Of a stretch of 64,000 nucleotides of DNA, positions 1 through 9,110 are shown piece after piece. The position numbers and the translations under genes are program-made. Below the pieces are notes generated by a model that made no database searches, was not told the DNA's origin, and saw nothing but the letters and a program-made list of their open reading frames with translations. Source of the DNA: an uncultured Acidobacteriota bacterium (GTDB taxonomy: Bacteria > Actinomycetota > Acidimicrobiia > Spongiisociales > ZC4RG35); assembly GCA_963828465.1 (NCBI GenBank), contig CAWHEU010000022.1, forward strand, positions 192,001 through 256,000, written 5' to 3'. Numbering within the stretch: the first letter of the stretch is position 1; each line of letters begins with the position of its first letter.

Positions 1-27
1 CAACGGAAGGTCAAGGTTTCCTCAAGG
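1..27. promoter_or_regulatory. OmpR-type direct-repeat box (TCAAGG at 11 and 22, partial copy at 1)
   Basis: TCAAGG-N5-TCAAGG with 11-bp period just upstream of the response regulator; same pattern at 2569-2596. Confidence 0.55.
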
Positions 28-65
28 CAGATAGGCAGAAATCGACTCCCGGATAACCTGCCGAC

Positions 66-749
66 ATGGCACAGATCGTGTTGATCGAGGATGACGTGGA
101 CATCAGACGGCTCGTCGCCGACGCGCTGGCGGCCCAGGGTCATGATGTCGAGAGCGCCGCTGCGGCCCTCGAAGGACTGCAGTTGACGGTGAAGGGAAAG
201 CCCGATCTGGTGGTCATGGACCTCGGCCTTCCCGACCTCGATGGCACCGAACTGTTGCGAATGATCCGGGCGGTGAGCCAGGTCCCGATCATCGTGATCA
301 CGGCCCGTGGCGCCGACGAAGTCGTCGTCCGAACCCTCGACTCGGGTGCCGACGACTACTTGGTCAAGCCGTTCTCGGTGGCCCAACTCGAGGCCCGGGT
401 GCGGGCCCTGCTGCGACGCGGGGCGGCCGCCGATTCCGGAGAGACGATTCGGATCGGCGACCTCATGATCGATGCGGCGGCACGTGAGGCGACGCTGGCC
501 GGCGAATCCATCGATCTGAGCCCGAAGGAATTCGATCTGCTCCGTGTACTGGCCGAGCGGGCGGGCGAGGTAGTCAGCAAGCGCGCTTTGATGGCAGAAG
601 TCTGGCGCGAGCCCTACGGAGGAGCTGAGCGGACGGTCGACGTCCATCTCTCCTGGCTCCGCAGCAAACTCGGCGAGACAGCGCAGGCGCCACGCTATCT
701 CCGCACGGTCCATGGGGTCGGGGTCAAACTGGTCGATCCCAACGGGTGA
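66..749 (+). CDS. OmpR/PhoB-family response regulator
   Basis: Receiver (IEDD, DLGLPDLDG, GADDYLVKPF) plus winged helix (RTVDVHLSWLRSKL, TVHGVG). Confidence 0.95.
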   Translation: MAQIVLIEDDVDIRRLVADALAAQGHDVESAAAALEGLQLTVKGKPDLVVMDLGLPDLDGTELLRMIRAVSQVPIIVITARGADEVVVRTLDSGADDYLVKPFSVAQLEARVRALLRRGAAADSGETIRIGDLMIDAAAREATLAGESIDLSPKEFDLLRVLAERAGEVVSKRALMAEVWREPYGGAERTVDVHLSWLRSKLGETAQAPRYLRTVHGVGVKLVDPNG

Positions 750-2021
750 GACGACGGCTCGCCCTCCTCAGCCTCGCTACCACGGCCCTCGTAGTCATTT
801 CTCTTCTCATCCCATTAGGCCTCCTGGTTCGGCGACAAGCAAGTGATCGGGCCCGGCTCGAGGCGGAGCGGACCGCGCAATCGACGGCTGCGCTCCTGGC
901 CCTGACCGTGAGCCTGAACGAGGACGCCGGCGCCATCGAATCGGCCCTGGGACCGCTCGACCCAGGAACCATCGTCGTGCTTCCGGACGGGTCTGTCCTC
1001 GGAGAGCCGACTACCGGTCAGGGCAGTCTCGTGGCGGTCGCCGTCGAGCGACAGGCGACGATCTCCGGAGTTGTCGAAGGTGGTTGGGAATATGCCCTTC
1101 CCGTCATAGGACTGGCGGGCACCGCAGTTGTCGATGTCTTCGTCACCGACGAGGCGCTCAGCGACGGTGTGGTCGAGGCGTGGCTCCTCTTGGCGCTGCT
1201 TGGGGTGTTGCTCGTTGCTATCGCGGTGTGGGTGGCGGATCGGCTGGGCGAGCGCCTGGTCCGGCCGATCAGCGACCTGGCCTCGGCCGCGAGGCAGCTT
1301 GGTGCGGGGGACCTCGATGCCCGGGTGCAAGTCAGCGAGCCCGAGGAGATACGAGAGGTAGGCGAGTCGTTCAACTGGCTGGCCGGGAGGCTCGAAGAGC
1401 TCATTGCCGAGGAGCGAGAGGCCGCCGCCGACCTGTCCCATCGATTACGGACGCCGCTGACATCGCTGAGACTCCAGGCGGAGAAGCTGACCGACGATGC
1501 CGAACGGGGGGAGGTCCTGGGTCAGGTGGATCGACTCGAGCAGGCCATCGACGAGCTGATAGTTGCCACCAGGTCTGCGCCTACAGGCCGGGGCGGTGTC
1601 TCCGATCTCTCCTCGGTGGTGTCGAGCGCGTTGCTCGTTCTGGGCGGTGCTGGCCGAGGAACAGAGGAGGGTGATGACGCTGAACGTGGATGATCACGGC
1701 CCGGTGGATCTATCGGGAGAAGCTGTGGAAGCCGTGGTGGACGCTCTGATCGGGAACGTCTTCTCCCACACGGATCCCGGCACCCCTTTCGACGTGACGT
1801 TGGGATCGGAGGATGGTCGGCCCTGGCTCGAAGTGAGCGACCAGGGGCCGGGATTCGCATCGAGGAGGCTGGCGGAGCGAGGTGTCAGCGGGGCTGGCTC
1901 CACCGGGCTCGGGCTCGACATCGTTCGACGGACCGCCGAATCGGCAGGTGGCGGCATGGAAATGAACGACCGCCCCGGTGGCGGGGCGGTCGTTCGGGTC
2001 TGGCTCGGGCCTTCGGACTAG
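746..2021 (+). CDS. HAMP-domain sensor histidine kinase (frameshift near 1628)
   Basis: Two TM helices, HAMP and H-box DLSHRLRTPL in ORF 746-1693; N/G boxes (LIGNVFSH, VSDQGPG, GSTGLGL) continue in ORF 1563-2021. Confidence 0.9.
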
Positions 2022-2509
2022 CCCCGGGTCCGGGCGTCATCGCCGCCGTTGCCGGGACCGCTGTTGTCGTCGTCTCCGTCATCGTGGCCACTGTTGCCGT
2101 GGCCGCTGTTGTCGTCGTCATCGTCGCCGTTGCCGGGACCGCTGTTGTCCTCCCCGTCTCGGTCGTCATCGCCATTCCCGGGACCACTGTTGTCGTCACC
2201 GCCCCGGTCATCGATGCTCGTACTCGTTCCGTTGTCGTCCACGCTCGTGCTGGTCGTCGGATCGATGGTGGTGCTGGTGGATGAGGTGTCCACCAAGCTG
2301 ACGCTCGTCGTGGAATTGTCGTCGACGCTCGTACTGGTCGGGTCGTCGAGGCTGGTGGGTGTCGATCCATTCGTTGAGGACGACACATTCGAACTCGGCG
2401 TGGTGCCGATTGAGCCGGAGCTGGAGTCGTCACTCGATGCAAACGCCACCCCCACCAGGAGGAGCGCCGTGGCCACCGCCGTGACCACACCGATCATTTT
2501 TCTGAACAT
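2018..2509 (-). CDS. Secreted low-complexity Ser/Thr/Asp-rich protein with DDNSGPGNG repeats
   Basis: Signal peptide (AFA cleavage), AAGGAGG RBS, four D-N-S-G-[PH]-G-N repeats. Confidence 0.8.
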   Translation of the reverse strand: MFRKMIGVVTAVATALLLVGVAFASSDDSSSGSIGTTPSSNVSSSTNGSTPTSLDDPTSTSVDDNSTTSVSLVDTSSTSTTIDPTTSTSVDDNGTSTSIDDRGGDDNSGPGNGDDDRDGEDNSGPGNGDDDDDNSGHGNSGHDDGDDDNSGPGNGGDDARTRG

Positions 2510-2568
2510 CTAGGACCTCCTTGTCGATTGCCTGGTCCTAGTGTCAGAGATGTCGGATCATCACCGCA

Positions 2569-2596
2569 TCAGAGGTCCATCAAGAAGAGCTCAAGG
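2569..2596. promoter_or_regulatory. Triple 11-bp-period direct repeat (TCAGAG/TCAAGA/TCAAGG), putative response-regulator box
   Basis: Repeats start at 2569, 2580 and 2591, upstream of the 2018-2509 gene. Confidence 0.55.
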
Positions 2597-3188
2597 CTGC
2601 CCACTCGTTCCGGAGGATCCCGTAGATGTGTGCGTCGACCCATTCCCCACGCTTTAGGTGAGACGAGCGGATCGTTCCCTCGAGTTGCATCCCGAGACCC
2701 TCGACAAGTGCCATGCTCCGGGAATTCGTCGTGAAGATCTCGGCCTCGACCTTGACGTGGTCGAACTCCCCGAAACAAAGGTCGAGCACGGCGGTTAGCG
2801 CCTCCCGCATGATCCCCTTGCCCCAATAGGGCTTGCCGAGCCAGTAGCCGACATCCCCCCTTCCCGGCTGGACGCTGGGTCTCGCGCTGATCATCCCAAT
2901 GGCGATTCCGGGCGATCCCGTGGTGGAGCCGGTGCGATCTCGAATCGCCCAGTGAAAACCACTCTCGCCGTAACGCTCAGTTTGTGCCTGGTGGATGAAT
3001 CCGATGGTCTCGGAGATCTCGTCGGGGCCGTCCCAGATCAGCCCGGCCGTGACCTCCTGGCGATCGTCACCACCGACGAGTGAGAACAGGGCGGGGGCAT
3101 CCGACTCGGAGGGCACTTCGAGGACGACCCTCTCGGTCTCGATGCGGTAGGTGTTCAATGCGGCCCGGTCCGGGCCCGTTCCCGTCAT
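2580..3188 (-). CDS. GNAT N-acetyltransferase, RimJ/RimL type
   Basis: VGYWLGKPYWGKGIM, NSRS..LVEGLG..EG motifs. Confidence 0.9.
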   Translation of the reverse strand: MTGTGPDRAALNTYRIETERVVLEVPSESDAPALFSLVGGDDRQEVTAGLIWDGPDEISETIGFIHQAQTERYGESGFHWAIRDRTGSTTGSPGIAIGMISARPSVQPGRGDVGYWLGKPYWGKGIMREALTAVLDLCFGEFDHVKVEAEIFTTNSRSMALVEGLGMQLEGTIRSSHLKRGEWVDAHIYGILRNEWAALSSS

Positions 3189-3280
3189 CGGTCTCAGTAT
3201 GCCGGTGGCTCTCCACGACCGAACAGGATTTTGTTGGAGGAGGTGTCACCCAATCCCAGGCCCGGCTCCGTCTCAGAGGC

Positions 3281-3751
3281 ATGATCACCGCCACAGGTGT
3301 GATGGACAACGAGCAGGTATATCGGTCTTATGCCGTCGAGCTCACCAGGTATGCGACTGGCCTGGTAGGGCCGTTCGACGCCGCTGACGTAGTGACCGAC
3401 GCCTGTCTCAAGGCCTTTTCCGCCAGGAAATGGCCCGAGGTGAGCAACAGGAGGGCCTACCTGTATCGGGCGGTGCTGAGTGTGGCCAATGACCACCACC
3501 GGAGCACGCTGTCTCGGCGGCTCCGGGAGATGAAGACAGCAACGCCTGAGTCAGCGCCATCGCAGGACATCGATTTCGACGTCCTGGGTGCTGTCGAGCG
3601 TCTCTCGGTGCAGCAAAGGGCGGCGGTGCTCCTCACCTATTGGGCTGATCTCCCGGCGGAAACAGTCGCCGATCGAATGGGCATATCGACCGGAGCCGTG
3701 AAGCGTCATCTGGCCCGGGCACGAAAGCACCTCGAGGAGTGGCTGTCATGA
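3281..3751 (+). CDS. ECF RNA polymerase sigma factor
   Basis: Region 2 (DAADVVTDA, AYLYR) and region 4 (LSVQQRAAVLL..W..L..ETVA..MGISTGAVKRHL.RAR); start uncertain (3281 or 3302). Confidence 0.88.
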   Translation: MITATGVMDNEQVYRSYAVELTRYATGLVGPFDAADVVTDACLKAFSARKWPEVSNRRAYLYRAVLSVANDHHRSTLSRRLREMKTATPESAPSQDIDFDVLGAVERLSVQQRAAVLLTYWADLPAETVADRMGISTGAVKRHLARARKHLEEWLS

Positions 3752-4887
3752 GCAGATCAGACGATCGAAAGATGAAAGAACTTGCCGACCGGCTGGTGGC
3801 GATGTCGCCAGAGCCACCGCCCTATCCCGAGGAGGTCTCTGTGACCCAACGTGAAGATTCAAAACCCAGACCGGTCCTGGTGTTCGCAGGTGCCGCTCTC
3901 GTTGTGCTGCTCCTGGCCGCCATCCCCCTCTACCTCTCCAGAGGAGGCGGCGAGGTGGACCCGGTTGCGTCGTCGACGACGTCGACGGTGCCAACCACGG
4001 TCACCACCCAGCCACAGGCCTCGACGACGGTCACCACGGAGGCGCCGGCGACGACAACGACCGTGCCGGCGACCACGACCACCACAGCTCCTGGCGTCGA
4101 AGCAGTGGAAGCTGTGCTCTATGCGGTGCAGACGCCGGAGAATTCGTTCACCGGCAATCCTGCCCTCGTCGCCTTCCGCGGGACCGTCGTTCCTGCCGTG
4201 CTCTTCGAGGAGCCGATGAATCCGGCTTACCCGGGTTTGTATGCGCTGACATCGGAGAACCTCTTCCTCCCCGATGGATTCAGCAACATGGTTCCGGCCG
4301 CCGTCGAGATCCTGGGTGTGACTCCTGGCGAGCACACCGTCACTGTGGACATGAACGAGGCCTTCCTCGCAGGATCCGGCTCAGGTCTGCTTGGGGACTT
4401 CACCATGCTCAACCAGTTGATCTACACGGCGGCGGCGTTCGGTGAGATCGAGAGCGTCCTCTTCACGGTCAACGGCGAATCGGTCACGGCCTTTGGTAGC
4501 GAGGGCCTCGATCTGAGCGAGCCACAGGGCCGGGACGCTTACCTGGACCAGCTCAACTCGGTGAATGTCGACTCACCGATCCAAGGTCAAGGCGACGAGC
4601 CACTGAGGGTCGCCGGATTCGCCAACGTCTTCGAAGCGACCGTGAGCCTGGAAGTAGTCGACGCAAGTGGCAACGTGGTGCAGGAGGACTTCACTACTGC
4701 CACATGCGGCACCGGTTGCTGGGGCGCATACGAGTTCGAGGTCGACTACCCCTTCGTCGGCGACGAGACCATTCGGGTCTTCTGGCATTCCGCGGAGGAT
4801 GGTTCTCCCAGTGATGTGGTCTCGATTCCGGTCCTCTGGGACGACCCGGACGGATGGGACTTCAGCTCGCATCCCGGCACGCCTTAG
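3748..4887 (+). CDS. Membrane-anchored anti-sigma-like protein with GerMN and Gmad2 Ig-like domains
   Basis: Overlaps sigma stop; single TM, Thr-rich linker, GerMN (VDMNEAF..LNQLIYT..VLFTVNG), Gmad2 (ANVFEATV, CGTGCWG). Confidence 0.8.
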   Translation: MSRSDDRKMKELADRLVAMSPEPPPYPEEVSVTQREDSKPRPVLVFAGAALVVLLLAAIPLYLSRGGGEVDPVASSTTSTVPTTVTTQPQASTTVTTEAPATTTTVPATTTTTAPGVEAVEAVLYAVQTPENSFTGNPALVAFRGTVVPAVLFEEPMNPAYPGLYALTSENLFLPDGFSNMVPAAVEILGVTPGEHTVTVDMNEAFLAGSGSGLLGDFTMLNQLIYTAAAFGEIESVLFTVNGESVTAFGSEGLDLSEPQGRDAYLDQLNSVNVDSPIQGQGDEPLRVAGFANVFEATVSLEVVDASGNVVQEDFTTATCGTGCWGAYEFEVDYPFVGDETIRVFWHSAEDGSPSDVVSIPVLWDDPDGWDFSSHPGTP

Positions 4888-4900
4888 AGATGTTCCTACT

Positions 4901-4930
4901 GCAGGGCGTCACGTATTCGTGACGCCCTGC
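4901..4930. terminator. Perfect 13-bp hairpin between convergent genes
   Basis: GCAGGGCGTCACG-TATT-CGTGACGCCCTGC. Confidence 0.75.
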
Positions 4931-4942
4931 TTGACGGTCGGC

Positions 4943-5188
4943 CTACCTACCCGGTGGCGGCTCTCACAGCTCGACCTTGTTTCCTCGGAGTCCTAACACC
5001 ATCCGAACTTCCCGTTCTCGTCCTCCATGGTTTCGTCATCGACCCGAACTCCTTCGTCTCGGAGCTTGGCGAGCAGCCCATCGAGACCATCCACCCGGTA
5101 GTTGATCATCCACTGATTGGCTCCCGAAGTGGTCGGTACCAGCGGGAAATGGTGCCCACACGCCGCCGATCCCAGTGACTCGAGCCAT
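4943..5188 (-). pseudogene. Degenerate VOC/glyoxalase-family gene
   Basis: Minus strand reads MARVTGIGGV / WAPFPAGTDHFG / WMINYRVDGLDGLLAKLRDEGV..GKFGWC* ..KVEL*EP; internal deletion, frameshifts, two in-frame stops; GGAGG RBS intact. Confidence 0.75.
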
Positions 5189-5230
5189 ATTTCCTCCGTT
5201 TGGACGACGTTACGTCGCCATACTCAGCGA

Positions 5231-6050
5231 ATGCCACTGGACCATTACCGCGAGGCCAACCGGGCAAATTGGGACGCTCGTGTCCCCATTCACTACGGGT
5301 CGGACGAATACGGCATAGCCAGGTTCATCTCTGATCCCACCCACCTGAGCGGAGTGGTCACGTACGACAAAGAGAAGCTGGGTGATGTGACCGGGAAGAG
5401 CCTGCTCCATCTGCAGTGCCACATCGGGACCGACACCATTTCCTGGGCCCGGCTCGGAGCGACGGTGACCGGGCACCGACCTGTCGGAGAAGTCGATCGA
5501 GGCGGCCAGCCGTCTCAGCGCGGACTCCGGCACTCCGGCGAGGTTCATCGTCTCCGAGCTCTACGACACACCCGAAGTTCTCGATGAGAAGTTCGACATC
5601 GTCTACACCGGGGTTGGGGCAATCTGCTGGATCCCGGAAATACGGGGTTGGGCCGAGGTGGTGTCCTCGTTCCTCGAGCCCGGGGGCACGTTCTACATGC
5701 GCGAAGGCCATCCCATGATGTGGGCAATGGATTGGTTGGAGACCGAGGAGTTGCGGGTCGCAGTCGCCTACTTCGAAACTGCCGATCCCGAGGGCGAGGA
5801 GGAGCACGAGACTTATGCCGGCGTCGGCGTCGTCGAGAGCCCGCTCAATTACGGCTGGAACCACGGGATGGGGGAAACCATCGACGCCCTGATCCGGGCG
5901 GGGCTGCGCATCGACCGCGTCGAGGAATACGACGAGTGTGAATGGCAGGGCCTGCCCATGATGATCCAGGAAGACGACGGGCTGTGGCGTCTGCCCGACC
6001 GACGGGAACGGTTGCCGTTGATGTGGTCGGTCCTGGCGACGAAGGTCTGA
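5231..6050 (+). CDS. Class I SAM-dependent methyltransferase (frameshift near 5475)
   Basis: LLHLQCHIGTDT..ARLGATVTG then D.SEKSI, FDIVYTGVGAICW, LEPGG.FY. Confidence 0.88.
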
Positions 6051-6071
6051 CAATTAGGTCGGTCGACCCCC

Positions 6072-6099
6072 TACAGCCAGCTCAAATGCATGCCGAATC
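6072..6099 (+). promoter_or_regulatory. Sigma28/WhiG-like promoter
   Basis: TACA-N16-GCCGAATC versus consensus TAAA-N15/16-GCCGATAA. Confidence 0.4.
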
Positions 6100-6106
6100 A
6101 GTAGGG

Positions 6107-6185
6107 GTAAGTCATTAGTTTCACTGCTAGCGACTTACTTCCTCCTCCAGTGTGAGAGGGGCCACCTTCGGTGGCCCCTCTTTCG
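6107..6185 (+). ncRNA. Candidate ~80-nt sRNA: hairpin, CUUCCUCCUCC anti-SD tract, intrinsic terminator
   Basis: GTAAGTC..GACTTAC stem (6107-6138), unpaired TTCCTCCTCC, then GAGGGGCCAC..GTGGCCCCTC-TTT. Confidence 0.55.
6155..6184 (+). terminator. Rho-independent terminator
   Basis: AGAGGGGCCACC-TTC-GGTGGCCCCTCT followed by T residues. Confidence 0.8.
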
Positions 6186-6196
6186 CGTCTATGGGT

Positions 6197-7075
6197 TCAG
6201 GCCAGACAGGTGATGCGGGGAAGCCCGGAGGCGATCTCGGCCCAGGTCCCACCCTGATCGTCCGACCTCCAAACCTTGCTGCCATTCCCGGCGTATACCG
6301 ACTCGTCGCGAACGGCCAGGCAATGCGTGTCGAGGTTGTCGTCGAACCAGTCGGGGAGCCCGTTGCGACAGTGCTCGAATGGCCCGCTCGTCAGGTCTGA
6401 CCGGTAAAGCCGTGCCTGGTTCGAACGCGGCCCGGTCGACGCAGAGATCAGCACTGTGTCGCCGATGAGCGTCACCGCCCGGCAGTAGGGCGCGTGCAGA
6501 CCGTCGTCGCGATACGTGAAGACCCGTCCGTCGGTCGACTGAGCCATGCCGCGGGCGCAAGCCGCTAGCACTGTTCCCTCCACCGAAGGGTCGGCGATCA
6601 CCTGATGGACATCGGCATGGATGTCGAGGGTGGGACTCGGACCGGTGTCGTCGCAACGAACGATGCCACCGACATGCACGTTGACGAAGAGGGTGTTCGC
6701 GCCGTCGACCGCCATGGACCTCACATCGGGAGGGCCACCCCATGGCGTGTACCAATCGCCTCGCCCCGGAGCGTCGGCAAACCCCGGGTCTTCGATCAGT
6801 TCACCGCCGTCGACTCGGTACAACCGGGCACTCGATGCGCCCACCCAGATGGTCCCATCGTCCGGCAGGACGCAGTTGAGAGTGGCGCCGTTGGGACCAT
6901 TGGCAACGGTTCGACCGTCGTGGTGGATCCGAGCTTCGTCGTCGACGGCCCACCAGCCCGCTGCGTCCCGCGCGATGTGGTTGATCGTGGCGTCGGCAAT
7001 CAATGGCTGTGTGGGGTTGTCCAAGGCGAACATCCCGCCAATGGTCCCGACGAGCAGGCTCATTTGGTATGACAC
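6197..7075 (-). CDS. BNR/Asp-box beta-propeller protein (WD40/YVTN/BNR-like)
   Basis: WRSDDQGGTW Asp-box, AQSTDG, LYRSD repeats. Confidence 0.75.
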   Translation of the reverse strand: MSYQMSLLVGTIGGMFALDNPTQPLIADATINHIARDAAGWWAVDDEARIHHDGRTVANGPNGATLNCVLPDDGTIWVGASSARLYRVDGGELIEDPGFADAPGRGDWYTPWGGPPDVRSMAVDGANTLFVNVHVGGIVRCDDTGPSPTLDIHADVHQVIADPSVEGTVLAACARGMAQSTDGRVFTYRDDGLHAPYCRAVTLIGDTVLISASTGPRSNQARLYRSDLTSGPFEHCRNGLPDWFDDNLDTHCLAVRDESVYAGNGSKVWRSDDQGGTWAEIASGLPRITCLA

Positions 7076-7096
7076 TAGGTCGGCGTGCGCGTCGCT

Positions 7097-7930
7097 CTAG
7101 TCGGTGATGACCGAGACGATCTCGGCGACCGGATAGACGACCGATGTGGTCGTGTCTGGCACGTCGAGGGACTCCCAGTCCTCGCCGACCACCCGCCACC
7201 GCGCCGTCCAGGCGTAGGAGATCGAGAGGTCGTAACCGGTCAGGTCCTTGACCTCGTAGACATGTCTGGCACCGCCATCCGGGTATCCGGCCAGCGCAGC
7301 CTGGTCGGCAGGGAACGTATCCACTCGATCGTCTCCCCAATCGACCACGACGCCGCTCACCTCGATGTAGATGTCGAGCGTGGCGCCCGTGCCGCTGGAC
7401 AGCTGAGTTTCGTGGACATCAGGGATGGGCACGCCCACAAAGGTCTCGAGGCCAGTGACTCCATCGCCGGGTAACGGATTCAGATCGGGAGTAGGAGGCG
7501 GATGGACATAGGACATCACGTAATCCCACGCCTCCTCCGATGGGTCGACGGTCACACCGGGCTCCGATGTGCACCGGCGAAAGTAACCGGAAGGGCCAGG
7601 CGAACCATCCACGATGAGAACTAGCTCCGCCCCACCGTCCGGGCTCAACGGGACGATCTGGTAGTTCGTTTCGGTGCTGGTGACATACCAACACTCCCCC
7701 AACAGGTCGAAACCGACGTTGGGATAGAGGCGGGAGGGAACCGAGTCGTCGTTGGCGTAGTCGACGACATCCGCCACCAGCGATGCGACAGCGGGTGATC
7801 TGTTCTTCGGTGAGCGTCACGGGGTTTTTCTCCGTTGTCACCCAGCAAGCGGTGTAAGTCTCAGCCAACGCCGGCAGTCGCGAGCGGCGATGACGACGAC
7901 TACGAAACCGGCTGCAACTCCGACTCGCAA
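7097..7930 (-). CDS. Secreted protein with C-terminal PKD-like domain (two 5' frameshifts)
   Basis: VVDWGDD..HVYE..ISYAWTARW PKD pattern; signal peptide recoverable across frames near 7880 and 7775. Confidence 0.65.
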
Positions 7931-8503
7931 TCTGCGTCCCATAGGTCGTCCCTGTGTGTCCATGTAGAAGCCAATATCCACATCTCATCGGCCCTGCGAA
8001 CCACCGTCACCATCTCCGATTGCGAACCTTCTCCTCGGAAGGCACTCCGTCGATCCCCATCCAGACAACAAGACAATGATTCGTCCGATCTGAGGATCTC
8101 CGTTTGCACTAAACGGACATCCTCGATGGAAGGTCTCGCTGTGAAGTCCATGGCACCGAAGACTGTCACGCGCCGCGTCCAGCATCGCCTGCGTCCCCAC
8201 CACCTCACGTATCCGGTCCTCGTCCTGGTTGTAGATCCCCTCGAACCACCCGAACCAGAGCGCCCGCAGGATCTCCTCCGCTTCCCCGACCGTGGCGACG
8301 ATGTGGGTGTCTTCGGTGGTTGATGTCGTAGGTGGCGCACTGGTTGTCGTCACAAGAGTTGTCGTGGTCGTCTCGACCGCAATGGGCACAGTTGTAGGAG
8401 GGGGATCTGAGTTCTCCCGAGGCCACAGGGCCCAGATCCCGACTGCCAGACCCACGACGATCAGGCCTGCGACCAGCCATCGAATCACATCACGGTCGAA
8501 CAT
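7900..8503 (-). CDS. Membrane-anchored hypothetical protein with Thr-rich linker (frameshift near 8165)
   Basis: N-terminal TM, poly-Thr linker; C-terminus continues in ORF 7900-8340. Confidence 0.6.
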
Positions 8504-8596
8504 ACGCAAGCCCTGTCCTCAGTTGAAGGGTCTCGTGGTCAGGCCGCGAAAAGTGCCGGTGCCCGTTCTGTATGGTTGAGGATGGAGGTGAAAGAG

Positions 8597-9049
8597 ATGA
8601 CAGACACCACAGTCATCGCAGACAGAACCGACGAAAGCCATGCATTCAGGACCTTGTTCAGGATCCTGTTGGTTGTCGGGATCGTCGCCGCGATCACCAA
8701 GTTCATGTCGGATCGGAGAAGGGACTTCTACGGTCTGACCGAGTCCGAGGCCCGCGCCAAGTTCGAGTCGAAGCTCGGGCCGATCATCGGTGATGACCGT
8801 GCATCCGACGTGGCGGACCAGGTGATCCCCCGTCTCAAGGAAACGGGTGTCCTCATCGAGGACGCGATGGATGACGCCAAGAAGGCCGCTTCCGACGTGG
8901 CGGACAAGGTCGGCGACACTGCAGGCAAGGTTGCCGGCAATGCCAAGAAGGCCGCCTCCAACGCGGCTGACGAGGTTGGCGACGCTGCCAAGAAGGCCGG
9001 CGATTCCGTAAAGGATGCCGCCGAGAAAATCGGGAAGAAGGTCGACTGA
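8597..9049 (+). CDS. Membrane-anchored protein with LEA-like 11-mer repeats
   Basis: TM helix then AKKAASDVADK / VGDTAGKVAGN / AKKAASNAADE repeats; GGAGG RBS. Confidence 0.75.
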   Translation: MTDTTVIADRTDESHAFRTLFRILLVVGIVAAITKFMSDRRRDFYGLTESEARAKFESKLGPIIGDDRASDVADQVIPRLKETGVLIEDAMDDAKKAASDVADKVGDTAGKVAGNAKKAASNAADEVGDAAKKAGDSVKDAAEKIGKKVD

Positions 9050-9110
9050 CCTGACACCGCTCCGCCGCCGGCGATAGGCCCGCTCAAACCGCGTTGCCTA
9101 CGCTGACCCG

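Noticed and set aside
2040-2200. Possible CRISPR-like or non-coding tandem repeats
   Set aside because: The repeats are in-frame codons for DDNSGPGNG within a signal-peptide ORF; no unique spacers or cas genes.
4943-5000. In-frame TGA/TAG as selenocysteine or pyrrolysine recoding
   Set aside because: The TGA falls at an expected Trp position (VELWEP) in a gene that also has a deletion and frameshifts; decay is simpler.
6067-6107. CCCCTAC..GTAGGGG inverted repeat as a separate terminator
   Set aside because: Only 7 bp with a 26-nt loop and no U-tract; better explained as overlapping the candidate promoter, though an operator role is not excluded.
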